From assembly GCF_000981445.1 (NCBI RefSeq), contig NC_027216.1:2294001-2358000 (forward strand): a stretch of DNA of 64,000 nt, given 5' to 3'. Below are positions 24,143 to 34,676 of this stretch, piece by piece (positions within the stretch are counted from its first letter, which is position 1; every line of letters begins with the position of its first letter). This DNA comes from Babesia bigemina (Eukaryota). The notes beneath the pieces were generated by a model. The model did no database searches. It was not told the origin of the DNA and saw only the letters and a list, made by a program, of their open reading frames with translations. The position numbers and the translations under genes were made by a program.

Positions 24143-25318
24143 ATGGAGAGGTCCTGCAGACACGTCTACTCGACGAATAAACGCGCGTACAAACTGGATG
24201 GAGCCACGGAGTCGGCGTACGTCTCCAAACAGGGCGACCGGCTGCTACGGATGCATATATACAACCCGATGTACGAAGGCTGTAAAGTGGTGACCAACAC
24301 CCGGGCCATCAGCCACCAGGCAAGTAACGGCACAATCAGCTCGTACCCCAGTAAGAACATGGATGCACACACGGTGACTCAGCAGTATATGAGCCCGCCA
24401 GAACTGCGGATAGAAGTGCCGTTCCCGCAAATTGAGCGCTTCGGTGCTAGGGATCCCGCGACGCCGACCACGATGTTGCAATACCCTGGCATGCAGCAGA
24501 GGGTTGTCTACTCCTCCACCGACTACCGTACGCCATACCACCACGACGATTCACACTTTACATACGGTAACAGGCAAACAACGGGACTGCGCACGGATAT
24601 CACAACGGCCAGCAGCGCCCCTGCATCGCCGGCGCATGCGTTCGGCCGCCTGGCGTACGAAAAGGCGGCGATTTCCGGAACCGCTCTGGTGCCCATCGAC
24701 AGTTCGTCGGCAGCGCTAGCTAGGCGGCCAAGCACCGTCACGGAGGCGTATCACGAAGTGAAAGGCTCGAAGCAGAGGGAGAGGCTCAACAGCACTTTCG
24801 ACGACTGTATACCCACGGAGAACCATCTACAATCGCTGTCGAGGCAACTAACAGCGACCACGAGGCCAATAGACGACTACGTGGAGGCCAAACCGGTGGA
24901 GGCGGTCGACGAGGAGCCGGAGTACCCTCACCTGGCGCTAGACCTTAGTGTGCTCACGCAGACAAAGCACAAAAACGACCACAACACGAAGCCAAAACAT
25001 GTGGAGCGACGAGCCGCGGCGCAGCAGAAGGAGCCGCAAACGGAGGCCAAGCTCATCGTCGGAAAGCCGCGCCACCCGTACGCCGTGCAATTCAACGACC
25101 CCGTCGAGAAAGAGCTAGGAAGGTGGCATAATTCGCACGTGTCAACGATAAAATGGACGCGAATCAAACGCGGTGTGTACACCGCAGACGACCAGCAGGT
25201 CACGCTCGTCAAGCTCAACGGCGGCCTGTACGTGAAAGGCACCAACGGCAAGAAAAAACAGGAGCACATCCCAATCGATAAATTCGCCCAGCGGCTGCAG
25301 AAGACGGGCAGCGCCTGA
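24143..25318 (+). CDS. Hypothetical protein with a C-terminal GAR/Gas2-like segment
   Basis: Single long ORF (ATG 24143), mostly low complexity, ending in a compact ~65-aa domain. Confidence 0.7.
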   Translation: MERSCRHVYSTNKRAYKLDGATESAYVSKQGDRLLRMHIYNPMYEGCKVVTNTRAISHQASNGTISSYPSKNMDAHTVTQQYMSPPELRIEVPFPQIERFGARDPATPTTMLQYPGMQQRVVYSSTDYRTPYHHDDSHFTYGNRQTTGLRTDITTASSAPASPAHAFGRLAYEKAAISGTALVPIDSSSAALARRPSTVTEAYHEVKGSKQRERLNSTFDDCIPTENHLQSLSRQLTATTRPIDDYVEAKPVEAVDEEPEYPHLALDLSVLTQTKHKNDHNTKPKHVERRAAAQQKEPQTEAKLIVGKPRHPYAVQFNDPVEKELGRWHNSHVSTIKWTRIKRGVYTADDQQVTLVKLNGGLYVKGTNGKKKQEHIPIDKFAQRLQKTGSA

Positions 25319-26382
25319 GCGGCCGACAACAGCGGCACACAGCCAAAATACCACATGCTGCAAACGGCGACCCAGGCCCATCGACGATTATGGATCTGGC
25401 AATGCCGGCGAAATGCAGCCCCGCATTCAAAGCGCCGCATCAATTCAGCACAGAACGAAATGTTGCACGACACAACGTATAGAAGGCTGACGCAGCATCG
25501 CGCTTGGACTAACAACGGTACGCGGCGGACCGCGAACCAGCGTACGCAGCTATAGCCACACACGTGTCAACCACATCCATCGATCAATATTATAGCGCAG
25601 ACGCACGCACGAAACGAAAACGACGCGCTCGCACGTGGAAACGGCCCAACAATACGACAGCACGCGGGTCACCAGAGCGCCGACATCAAAAACACGAACG
25701 GAGCCAAAGACGATCGACCGTGGCAGGATCGGCGCTAATTGCAAAGAAAAAATAAGCGGACAATCGAAACCGGGTAAACTGACCTCATGCACGGACGCTT
25801 GTCGCGCTACGCGACGTCATACATGTAGAATCCCAGGACCTTCCACCCGACATCAACCAGATTCCGTTGCCGCCGACGGTCTCAGCGCGCTCGGCCCGGC
25901 TGTTTTCGCAGTGCTAGTATTTGGATAGACCCTCGATTCGGGCTTTTGCCGCCGTCAAAAAGCGAGTGAACGCAACAGCTCCAGCCTCTACACGACGACG
26001 CGATCGGTGAATCGAGATACACGTCTCCCAAAACGTCTCGCTCGATTACACGGATAAACAGGTGGAAATAGCTCTGTGTGGGCCTCGGGAGCCCCTTAAT
26101 GCAACACATTGGCCATCGGTGTGGTGAGCGTGGTCATGTATGCGCCGCGACGATCGTAAGCACTGCGGCTCCCGGACACTTCATACCCCCAACAGACGAC
26201 GAACTGACGGGCTAAAGGACGCGCTCTGGAAACGCGGAGCGCTAGCGAATGGCGATAGTGGCCAAGTCGGTCCCCGAACAGCTGATTATCAAATCGAGCC
26301 AACGACCCACTCCTTGAGGTCCTTGTAGCCCGTACCCGAGGCAATATAAAACGTAGGAAGGTCAACCGAATCCCCGGTCCCG

Positions 26383-28077
26383 ATGCAGAGTGTTGGGGCG
26401 AGGAGAGGGAGGTCGAAGGAGCACTCGTCGGCGATCAGTGACAACGGCGTGGATGGAAGTGTCACGGACAGGGACGCATCCACCTATTCACTCAGGTGCA
26501 ACCCTATAGAGCCAATGATGGCGCAGCAGTCGCCATCCATCGGGTTCAACCGGGTCACTAGCGCCGGCGCGCGCGGAAGCAGCTCCTTCGACAGGTCCTC
26601 GGTGGCGGCGGACCTAGGCATTAGCGAGGATTGCGCGCCGCGCCACAGTGACCACAGCGGATCCGGGGAGTTCTCGAGGTCCGGGTCGTGGCCTGGAGTT
26701 ATCCCGGACGACCTAGAGCACATGTTCGACTGCACGTTGAACCTAACCAACATCAAAAGGACGCTTGAGCCCAAAGACCATCGGCCCTACAGTGACCAGC
26801 GTTCAAGTCGCTTCGTCGAGTCCGTCTCGCGCACGTTCAACAAGAGGAGTGAAGTTACATCGCCAAGGAGGGCCGTCGCGGCTCTGATGGGATTGCAGGC
26901 GCCCAAGGATAAAAGCGGATTGCAATGGGAGCACTTCATCAGGGCCCTCCGTATCAAGCGCTGGTCGCAGATGCTGGTCAACGCCCAAAAGCGGGAGTCG
27001 CCGGAGAGCGTGACGGATACGGCTGAGGACGAAACGGGCGACAACTTGGTCAGGCGCAACTGCTCTTTCGTGGAGGTCGTTAACGATGCGAGCGCGGCCA
27101 AGGGGCTGGACAAGCTCGTGGGGCCACAGGCCAGCCGCAGCCTCAGGCCTGTGACCACATCGACCCAGTACGCGCGATTCAGGCCCAGGTCTGTAGGCAA
27201 TGGCGCCGAGCGCAGGGTGCGCTCCTCCGCAAGACGTATATACGAAGAGAGCACGCCGCCGGCCATCGTCAGAGCGGGGCACAGACCCGGTATGGATGCA
27301 GTGAACTACGGCCTGGTGCGGATCCGGGAGGCTGGCAGCTCTGTTCAGGTCTACGACTGCGTGGAAAAGGAAACCGGAAGGATGCTTAGCGTCAAGCTGA
27401 TCTCGAGAGACCACTCAGCCGCGGCATTGTACGAGCACCTTTGCGAGCACGGGCACCCCAATTTCGTGACAATCGTGCAAATACTGGAAGACAAGAATTT
27501 GTTCTATATCCTCATGGACTTCAACAACACGGTGTGCCTCAGGGAGTTCTACCACGACAGCCACCCCAGGACCTTCACTGAGGAGCTGATAAGGAGCATC
27601 GTGAAGCAGCTCCTGGCAGCCCTGGCCTACATTCACAGGAAGGGCATGGTAGTGGCCGGGCTAAGTATGGAATCCGTCATAATACACAAGACGACTGACG
27701 GCGAGCTCGTGGCCAAAATATCGAATTTGGACCGGGTCTGCCCCGTCATGCCTGAGCAGGTCAACAGCATACAGGACAACGCCTTTGACGCGCCGGAGGT
27801 GGCCGACGGCGTCATCACGTATTCCAGCGACATGTGGAGCCTAGGAGTGTTGCTCTACACGCTCGCTGAGGGCAGGCCGCCGTTCAAACCGTTCACGGCT
27901 AAGTCCTACGTCAGGCGGGCGGCGGCGGTGAGGGGGTCCAGGCTCACGTTCGCCTCGGAGGCCTGGATGGACGCGCCCAGGATGAGGGACTTCTGCCTTA
28001 GGTGCCTGCAGCCGGACCACAGGCACCGCGTTTCGTCCGCCATGGAGGCGTTCATTCACCCCTGGATAAGGGAGTAA
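26383..28077 (+). CDS. CAMK-like protein kinase-fold protein, probable pseudokinase
   Basis: Retains LSVKLI, HPNFV, APE, SDMWSLGV and R...EAFIHPW. The HRD/N loop is replaced by VAGLSMES and DFG by NLD. Confidence 0.8.
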   Translation: MQSVGARRGRSKEHSSAISDNGVDGSVTDRDASTYSLRCNPIEPMMAQQSPSIGFNRVTSAGARGSSSFDRSSVAADLGISEDCAPRHSDHSGSGEFSRSGSWPGVIPDDLEHMFDCTLNLTNIKRTLEPKDHRPYSDQRSSRFVESVSRTFNKRSEVTSPRRAVAALMGLQAPKDKSGLQWEHFIRALRIKRWSQMLVNAQKRESPESVTDTAEDETGDNLVRRNCSFVEVVNDASAAKGLDKLVGPQASRSLRPVTTSTQYARFRPRSVGNGAERRVRSSARRIYEESTPPAIVRAGHRPGMDAVNYGLVRIREAGSSVQVYDCVEKETGRMLSVKLISRDHSAAALYEHLCEHGHPNFVTIVQILEDKNLFYILMDFNNTVCLREFYHDSHPRTFTEELIRSIVKQLLAALAYIHRKGMVVAGLSMESVIIHKTTDGELVAKISNLDRVCPVMPEQVNSIQDNAFDAPEVADGVITYSSDMWSLGVLLYTLAEGRPPFKPFTAKSYVRRAAAVRGSRLTFASEAWMDAPRMRDFCLRCLQPDHRHRVSSAMEAFIHPWIRE

Positions 28078-28205
28078 CCTGATTCTAACGTTGCCACTGT
28101 TCCAACACACCCTAGCGCGTAACTCGGCGGGTCCCAGTCGGGCATGCCCGCCACGCCCGGAATCGCCGCCGGGGCGTCACACGTAAACAACAGCGATTGC
28201 AAAAC

Positions 28206-29315
28206 ATGGATACGATAGCTAAGCTCCAGGTCGACGCCCGCGGATACGTCACCGACGAGGCGCGCGACAAGGTGTTCAGGCAGCTCCTCGCCCAGACGGA
28301 AAACGCCGTGTGCATCGACTGCAACGCCAGAAATCCGACATGGGTGTCGCTGACCTACGCCGTGCATCTGTGCCTCAACTGCTCGGGGAAGCACAGGCAG
28401 TTCGGATCTCACATCTCCTTCGTCAGGTCCGCCGACATGGACAAGTTCACGCGGGAGCAGCTCATACGCATCGCTCACGGCGGGAACGCGCGCGCTAAGA
28501 CCTACTTCAGGCAGATCGGGCTCACCAGGCAGCCGTACGACTACGCCTCGCCGATGGCGCAGAGGTACCCCGCCATGTTGGACGCCGAACTCGGCACCGT
28601 GCGAGAACAGGCGCCAGAAAGGTCGTTCTCGCAGAAGCAGCCATCGAGCGACCTGCTGGACCTGGGAAATGACGACGCAGCGCCCAAGCGCGTTGAACAG
28701 ACTGGCACTATGTCCAGCGGGTTAACCAGCAACGCAACTGCGGCGCCCAGGGCTTCGACCGGTATCGGTTCAATGACACTCGGCAGAGGCTCGAGTGACG
28801 CCACGCGCAGCTGGGGAACGCGTACAGGCTCCGGAGGGCACGGCGCGGGCTTCGGCGGCAGGGTCGATCTGGACTTCGACGCCTTTGAAAGGTCAATTAT
28901 CAGCGAGGCCGCACAGAAGAAAAACTTAATCGCAACACGCACCACGGAGCCGACGCCACAGGCGCGGGAGCAGACGCCTTTGGTAACCTTTGCGCCACCC
29001 ACCAGCTCGCCACAGCAGTACGCACCGCCGCCGGACATGAGCAGGTTCGCCGGCAAAACTGGAATCTCCTCGGACCAGGTGTTCGGACGCGGCGCGTACG
29101 CGCAGCACGCGCCGATGAACGTCACGCTCAACCCGCACAAGACGAGCTTGTCCTCGGACGAGTACTTCGGCAGGCCGCCCAAGTCCCGGGGCAACTCCGA
29201 GACCTTCGAGGAGCGCGCTGTACAAAACATCAAGGAAGGAATCGCCATTGCGTTAAAGGAGGGTAATAGATTAGTGGGAATGGCCAAGCAGTGGTTCAGC
29301 AGCCACCAACATTAA
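28206..29315 (+). CDS. ADP-ribosylation factor GTPase-activating protein (ArfGAP2/3, Glo3-type)
   Basis: Zinc finger CIDC-x16-CLNCSGKHR, HISFVRS and GGN, plus paired Glo3 motifs ISSDQVFG and LSSDEYFG. Confidence 0.92.
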   Translation: MDTIAKLQVDARGYVTDEARDKVFRQLLAQTENAVCIDCNARNPTWVSLTYAVHLCLNCSGKHRQFGSHISFVRSADMDKFTREQLIRIAHGGNARAKTYFRQIGLTRQPYDYASPMAQRYPAMLDAELGTVREQAPERSFSQKQPSSDLLDLGNDDAAPKRVEQTGTMSSGLTSNATAAPRASTGIGSMTLGRGSSDATRSWGTRTGSGGHGAGFGGRVDLDFDAFERSIISEAAQKKNLIATRTTEPTPQAREQTPLVTFAPPTSSPQQYAPPPDMSRFAGKTGISSDQVFGRGAYAQHAPMNVTLNPHKTSLSSDEYFGRPPKSRGNSETFEERAVQNIKEGIAIALKEGNRLVGMAKQWFSSHQH

Positions 29316-29338
29316 AATACTGCAAAGATTCAAGGCAA

Positions 29339-30008
29339 TCACAGCTGACCGCATTGCGCTATAGTCAACGGCAGCTTGGGACGGAAGTCGTCGCCAACCG
29401 TTACGCTCTCCATCTTGCGCAAGACGAGGGTAGAGTCGTCGTCAATAAGACAACCGAATACAACATTTTTCCCGTCCATCCAGTCGCATGCCTTGCTCAC
29501 GATGTTGAATTGGCACCCGTTGCTGTTCGGGCCGGTGTTCGCCATGCTCAATATTCCGCAGCGCGTGTGCTTCAGGGTGAAGTTCTCGTCGGCGAAGCTG
29601 TGCCCGTAAATGCTCAGGCAGCCGGTGCCGTCGCCCTTCACGAAGTCGCCTCCCTGTAGACAGTCAATGAAAAACGTACGAAAACATGCCTGAACCATGC
29701 AATCTGCCACCACCTTGTGGAACAGCGCCCCCTTGTAGCCCACAGAGCACGAGTTTTGCTTGAACTCCCCCGTGCAGAACTGCCGGAAGTTCTCCGCGGT
29801 GCGCGGCACCTTGTCGGCGAACAGCTCGATCTTTAGCCTGCCTGACACTGGATGCTATACACAGCGCTGGAATCTCACCTAAGGGATGCGATCCGACCTG
29901 GATGTCCATGAAAACGACGGGATTGTCCGGGTTGGTCATATAGTCGGTGAGATAAGGAGGGCCGCCAAGCGGCTTCTCCTCCTTCGCAGGCTCCGCTGCG
30001 GTCGTCAT
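29339..30008 (-). CDS. Cyclophilin (PPIH/Plasmodium CYP24-like), 3 exons
   Basis: [34 protein letters not shown] and [15 protein letters not shown]. Introns at 29842-29878 (GT-AG) and 29654-29689 (GC-AG). Confidence 0.92.
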
Positions 30009-30022
30009 AACGGTTGTGATTT

Positions 30023-31633
30023 TTAGGCTTCCTCGCCTGCCGCTGGGTCAGGCGCTGCGGCGGCGCCGGGAGCGGCAGTACCCTTCGCGCCTGTGGGCTG
30101 CTCCCCAGACACACGGAAGTCGCAGTTTTCCAGGAAGAATGGGTTGCGCACCAGCCTAGTGAGCCACGTGCTCCACCTGAGCATGTTGCGAAAAGGGAGC
30201 ACTCGACTTACACATCGCCCTCGAAACTAGACACGATCTCGGGGTACAACCGAGCTTGCTTGAACTCTTCCACCTGAGCCTCCACGTCTTCGTACTCGAT
30301 GAAAGGCGTCTGAGGAGGCGCGCACCGCTTGTTATACGCGTCGAAGGAAGGCTGAGGCGATTATGGCATACAGAGCCGCTGAAACCAACATGGTGGAGGA
30401 ACAGCCCTTCGGCAGGTGCCAGCGCAGTCTGTACGACGTGGCGCTTGGAGAGCGTGAACGGAATTGCGCACTCAGGTGCGGTGCCGAGGTACACTTCGTA
30501 CGCCAGACTTATCATCTTGCGAATCTGGTTGTACAAAAAGGACTGCCCCGTCACCGTCACGATCACAACATCGGTACCGGAAACGGTGCGGCGCTCCACC
30601 TACGGAATTATATAAGCGTAAAAGTCGTGCCACATGCCTTTAACTCGTGAATGAAGCGCTGAGTTGTGTTTTCCATGCCCTTCTGCTTCGGCGTGAAGTT
30701 CCTGAAGTCGTGGGAACCGCAGAAGGCTTGCAAAATCGACTCCAGCGAAGCCTGCACAAATATGTCACCGAGTTGCACAGTTTGTTTTAATGCCACCTAC
30801 CAAGTCCAGTTCGCGATCCTCAGTCGTGCCGTCATATCCATTGCTCGGGCCACGGCCGATACGGGGGCAGCTTATGTGGTCGTGAGATTGCAAATTCCCG
30901 CCCATTTGCTCGGACAGTTTCGAGAACAGCTCACGTTTAGACTCGTCGTCAAGCACGTAACGCTTGCGCAACAGCCACTCGGGGAAGACGTACTCGTACC
31001 TGCGTCTTGAACACATCGACCTGACGAATCTTGTGAAGGCGGGCGATTGTGCCTACCGTGCACAAAAGCCGCGCGTGACCCTCAACACTTGGAAGCACCT
31101 GATGTCGCCGGGAAGGAGCTCGTTCAGCTTGGACACCAGTGCGTTCTCCCTGGAAACGTCAGGTTCGCCGGAAGAAAGGTGGGATAACTCGAATCGGCCG
31201 CCTATATACGTGCAAGCGGCGTGCACACCCTTGTCGGTTCTTGAGGCCTTGGATAGTTGAAGCTTTGCAATAAGGCTGCGGTGAGACTCATGAATGGCGC
31301 CGGCTGCGAATAGCGCATCCAGCATGCAGCCTTCCACCGTGTTCACGTGCTCTGAGCCCGGGCCAGATTGTATCTGAAAGCCGTGGTACGCAGTACCCAA
31401 GTACCTAACGGTGTATGTGAGGTGCTAACCACAATTGGCACTAACCCGAAGGCTATAGCGTACTTAGTCTTGGGGACGTGGACACGGGGAGCACTAACTG
31501 TATCGACGCTGTTAGATCCCAGCGCTTGGTCGTTTTCACGAGGTGATTCCGTGTCTTCGCGAGCTCTTTTGGGCGACGGTTCGCCGGCAGCGTCGTCCGG
31601 GGCGCCGTCGAGGATGCGCTTGTCACGCGACAT
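30023..31633 (-). CDS. tRNA pseudouridine synthase, TruA/Pus1 family, multi-exon
   Basis: GTAYHGFQ, catalytic SRTDKGVHA, RRYEY, HDFRNFT and GQSFLYNQIRKMI. The last exon reads WSTWLTRLVRNPFF... to TAA at 30023. Confidence 0.88.
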
Positions 31634-32237
31634 TTGTTACGCTGTTACTGCGTACCTATGCGTCACTGCTATTTTAAATATTAAACATTGGCCAAATATG
31701 GCCTTTTTATTGCCTGGATTTGGCACGATTAAGAAAATGATGTTTCCTGTCCTGCCACGAGGATCGGATGTGTAGCCTACCTGTGCGGCGACTGAAATCA
31801 AGAGGGGCAACGTAAGGAGATTACACATCCGATGAAATGCACGCCGTTGTATGAAGTGGTGACGATTGGAGGGGGTGTGTACATGATGGGCGGAGTATAG
31901 ATAAGGTTGCCGTCAATGTCCTGGTAGACAGCAGTGCAACTGCCGACCGTTGACAGCAATTACACACACATCTAATATGGCTCAGTGGAGCATCATATAA
32001 GTCTGGTTGGTGATACCAAATGGCGTACTACATCTGCAATCAGTGTTTGGAAAGCCCTGGAATCCTCGGCATGGCGAGGGTGTTATCATGAATGAAGAAT
32101 TCGCTGCTTATCCAAGGACAACGCAATGAATGCGGCATGCATTGCGGTGTAGATGACTTAATGAGCTTACATGACCATATGTGGCCATATTAGTGATACG
32201 CCATTTGCTGTTGTGTCTAGTTCCTGCACGGGAAGCC

Positions 32238-33561
32238 ATGGATGCTTATGACAGCAGTGCCGTCGTGAGGCGGACGCCGAAGGATGCGGAAAGTTCGATC
32301 GGATGTATCACCACTAGGTCAACAGCATGGTCGATCGATGATGTTGGCGGTGCCTATTGCGACGATGGCGCATTGGGGGTTGACGAGGCCTCGGTATTCC
32401 TTCCCGATGAATGCGTCGAAAATCACGTCACTCAGCTGGTGAATGAATTTGGCCGTATGGGTTACGACTATTGCGGAGAGGCGATGCCGACATTGTCTAA
32501 CCCGTCGCACTGCACATTTCACCGCGTGAGATCAGCCATGGGGCATCCATGCTTCGCCAAAGTCGTGGACCTGCACACCGGTAGCGCATGGCAGAGCAAC
32601 CACCATGCAGTTGAAGGTGCGATAATTGCGGAGTACCTATCATGTTGTGGTGTTCCAGATGACCAACCTGCCGAGGCGTATAAGGAGTCGTGCGGTACAA
32701 GACCGCATGCTTCATGCACAACAGTGGAGCCGACCTCGGACGATGGGTCTGAAACTTTTTCGCCATCGGAAATTAGGTAGGTTTAGCCAAACTTAATGAC
32801 TTGTCATAAAACATAGCAGGGATGGATGCGCCACATTAGTTACGGCAAACGTGGACAGTGCTCAAGCAGACGACGGACAAAATACGCAATTGGGAATATT
32901 CGCTGGCTGTACATTGGGAAAGGAGCATATAGTCAGCCAATACGACTGGTTAGTAACCGATGACCAAAAGTTGATTATGGTTTATGAAAATTGTGACGGC
33001 GGAGACCTGCATACCCTGATCGCAAAGGCCCGCAGCAACGGACCTGTACATTTCGATGAGTCATTCATCGAGGATGTTTTTACTCAAATATGTATGGGAG
33101 TGGAATATTTCCACTCTAAAAATATCGTACATGGGGATATCAAAGCTTCTAATGTACTTTTTAAAGGCGACCGCAGGCCTGTCGTCAAAGTGGGGGATTA
33201 TGATACGTGCCACGTAGCGGGAGTGCGTGTGTCTTATACTGGGACGCTCATGTACACGGCACCGGAATTAATTGCAAACCCGCATGCTTCCACGAGCTTC
33301 GAAAGTGATGTGTGGGCACTTGGGTGTCTGTTATACGAATTGCTGACACTCACCCACCCTTTCGCCAGCCCATGCACCGTGCAATCGATGAAGGAAACAT
33401 TTAGAGACTTCGAAGCGCACATATCGGAGCTCATAGCAAGTGTTCCGAACACGTATTCGCTTGTGATGCGAGATATCCTGGTTGCAATACTCGATGTAAA
33501 TCCAACGAAGCGTCCCACTGTCGGAGAGTTAATTTCCATCTTGTGCCGCGAGAAGCCATAG
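32238..33561 (+). CDS. Divergent Ser/Thr protein kinase (NEK-like C-lobe), 2 exons
   Basis: ENCDGGDL, HGDIKASNV, GTLMYTAPE, SDVWALGCLLYEL and KRPT. An intron at 32777-32819 joins the 32181 and 32851 ORFs in frame. Confidence 0.8.
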
Positions 33562-33914
33562 TATGTTACCAAACGCAAGCTACGCTTACCCTGCAACACT
33601 CTTCAGAGTCATTAAGATAACGCCTTTCACGGCCTGTCAACTTATCCTAAACTACATTATTAAACTCTCAATTTGTTACGTGTGGTATGTCTATGCATGG
33701 CACGGGCAGATTTACCGCGTTGATTGGTAACGTACTCCTCTCATGTCATTGGAGTTGGTTGCGCGATACACCAAACTAAGATGTTATGCATGTCGCGGCG
33801 TAACTATATTTAAAAATTACAAATGTCTCGTGAGAATTCATGCCAGCTCATAGTGATCCGGACGCAAAATCGCTGTTTGTCGAACAGCCCGTAAATTTTA
33901 CATGTAATCCATAC

Positions 33915-34676
33915 TTAGTAGAATGCCCAGAATCCAGCAAGGTCGTAGACTAGGTCCAATGTGTGCACAGGCAGACTCCTCATCGCCTTGCGGACTTCTG
34001 GACCAGTCATTTCACCGCGGCGCTCCGGAGCTACGTAACCGAGGGCTTCCATTACATCTTCAATACGGTCATCCGCATCAGGCATTGACGCGTTCTGAGT
34101 GGCAACATTGCCCACAGCGCGCAAAGAACGTAGACCCGCGTATAGCATCGGAGCAATGCCCACGAAGACCACTGCGCAAGCTTCGGGGTCCGCCTGGCAT
34201 GATCCAGCCCACGAAGCCTCCGAAGTGTAAGAAGACTTGTACTCCTCAGGGTCTGTTATGTTAGCCAACATGTGCTCACAGCCATGTACGAGTGTGCCTA
34301 GACCATTTGCGATGTCGTGAGGCTGGAGGCGGTCAGTCTGTATGAAGTTCTTGTAATCGCTGTCGTTCACAATCATCACGTTACCGCGTAGTCCTCGGTA
34401 GGTTTTGTTCATAGGTCCGTTGAATCTCCTCAGCAGGTCAAACACAAATGGCTGAATACTTAACTCCGGATTCCGCAGGAACTTCCTAGTAATAGATTTT
34501 ATTTTCTCCAGAGCCTGCAACCGCTTCAAGCCAACAGGCATTTCTGCAAGAAAATCGTGAAGTGCAACACCCATGGCCGTCAAGTTGGCGTCAGGCGTAG
34601 TTCCTTTCAAGGCCATCAACCAGTCAACAGCCTCCTTGAGGTTACGAGGGACCTGAGTCAACGAATTGTATGCCAT
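33915..34676 (-). CDS. Short VESA1-related (ves-like) protein, N-terminal domain only
   Basis: N-terminus SLTQVPRNLKEAVDWL is the VESA1 signature. Also has YKSSY...W...CAVVFVGIAPMLYAGLRSL and ends DLAGFWAFY. No Cys/Lys-rich domain or TM anchor. Confidence 0.85.
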   Translation of the reverse strand: MAYNSLTQVPRNLKEAVDWLMALKGTTPDANLTAMGVALHDFLAEMPVGLKRLQALEKIKSITRKFLRNPELSIQPFVFDLLRRFNGPMNKTYRGLRGNVMIVNDSDYKNFIQTDRLQPHDIANGLGTLVHGCEHMLANITDPEEYKSSYTSEASWAGSCQADPEACAVVFVGIAPMLYAGLRSLRAVGNVATQNASMPDADDRIEDVMEALGYVAPERRGEMTGPEVRKAMRSLPVHTLDLVYDLAGFWAFY

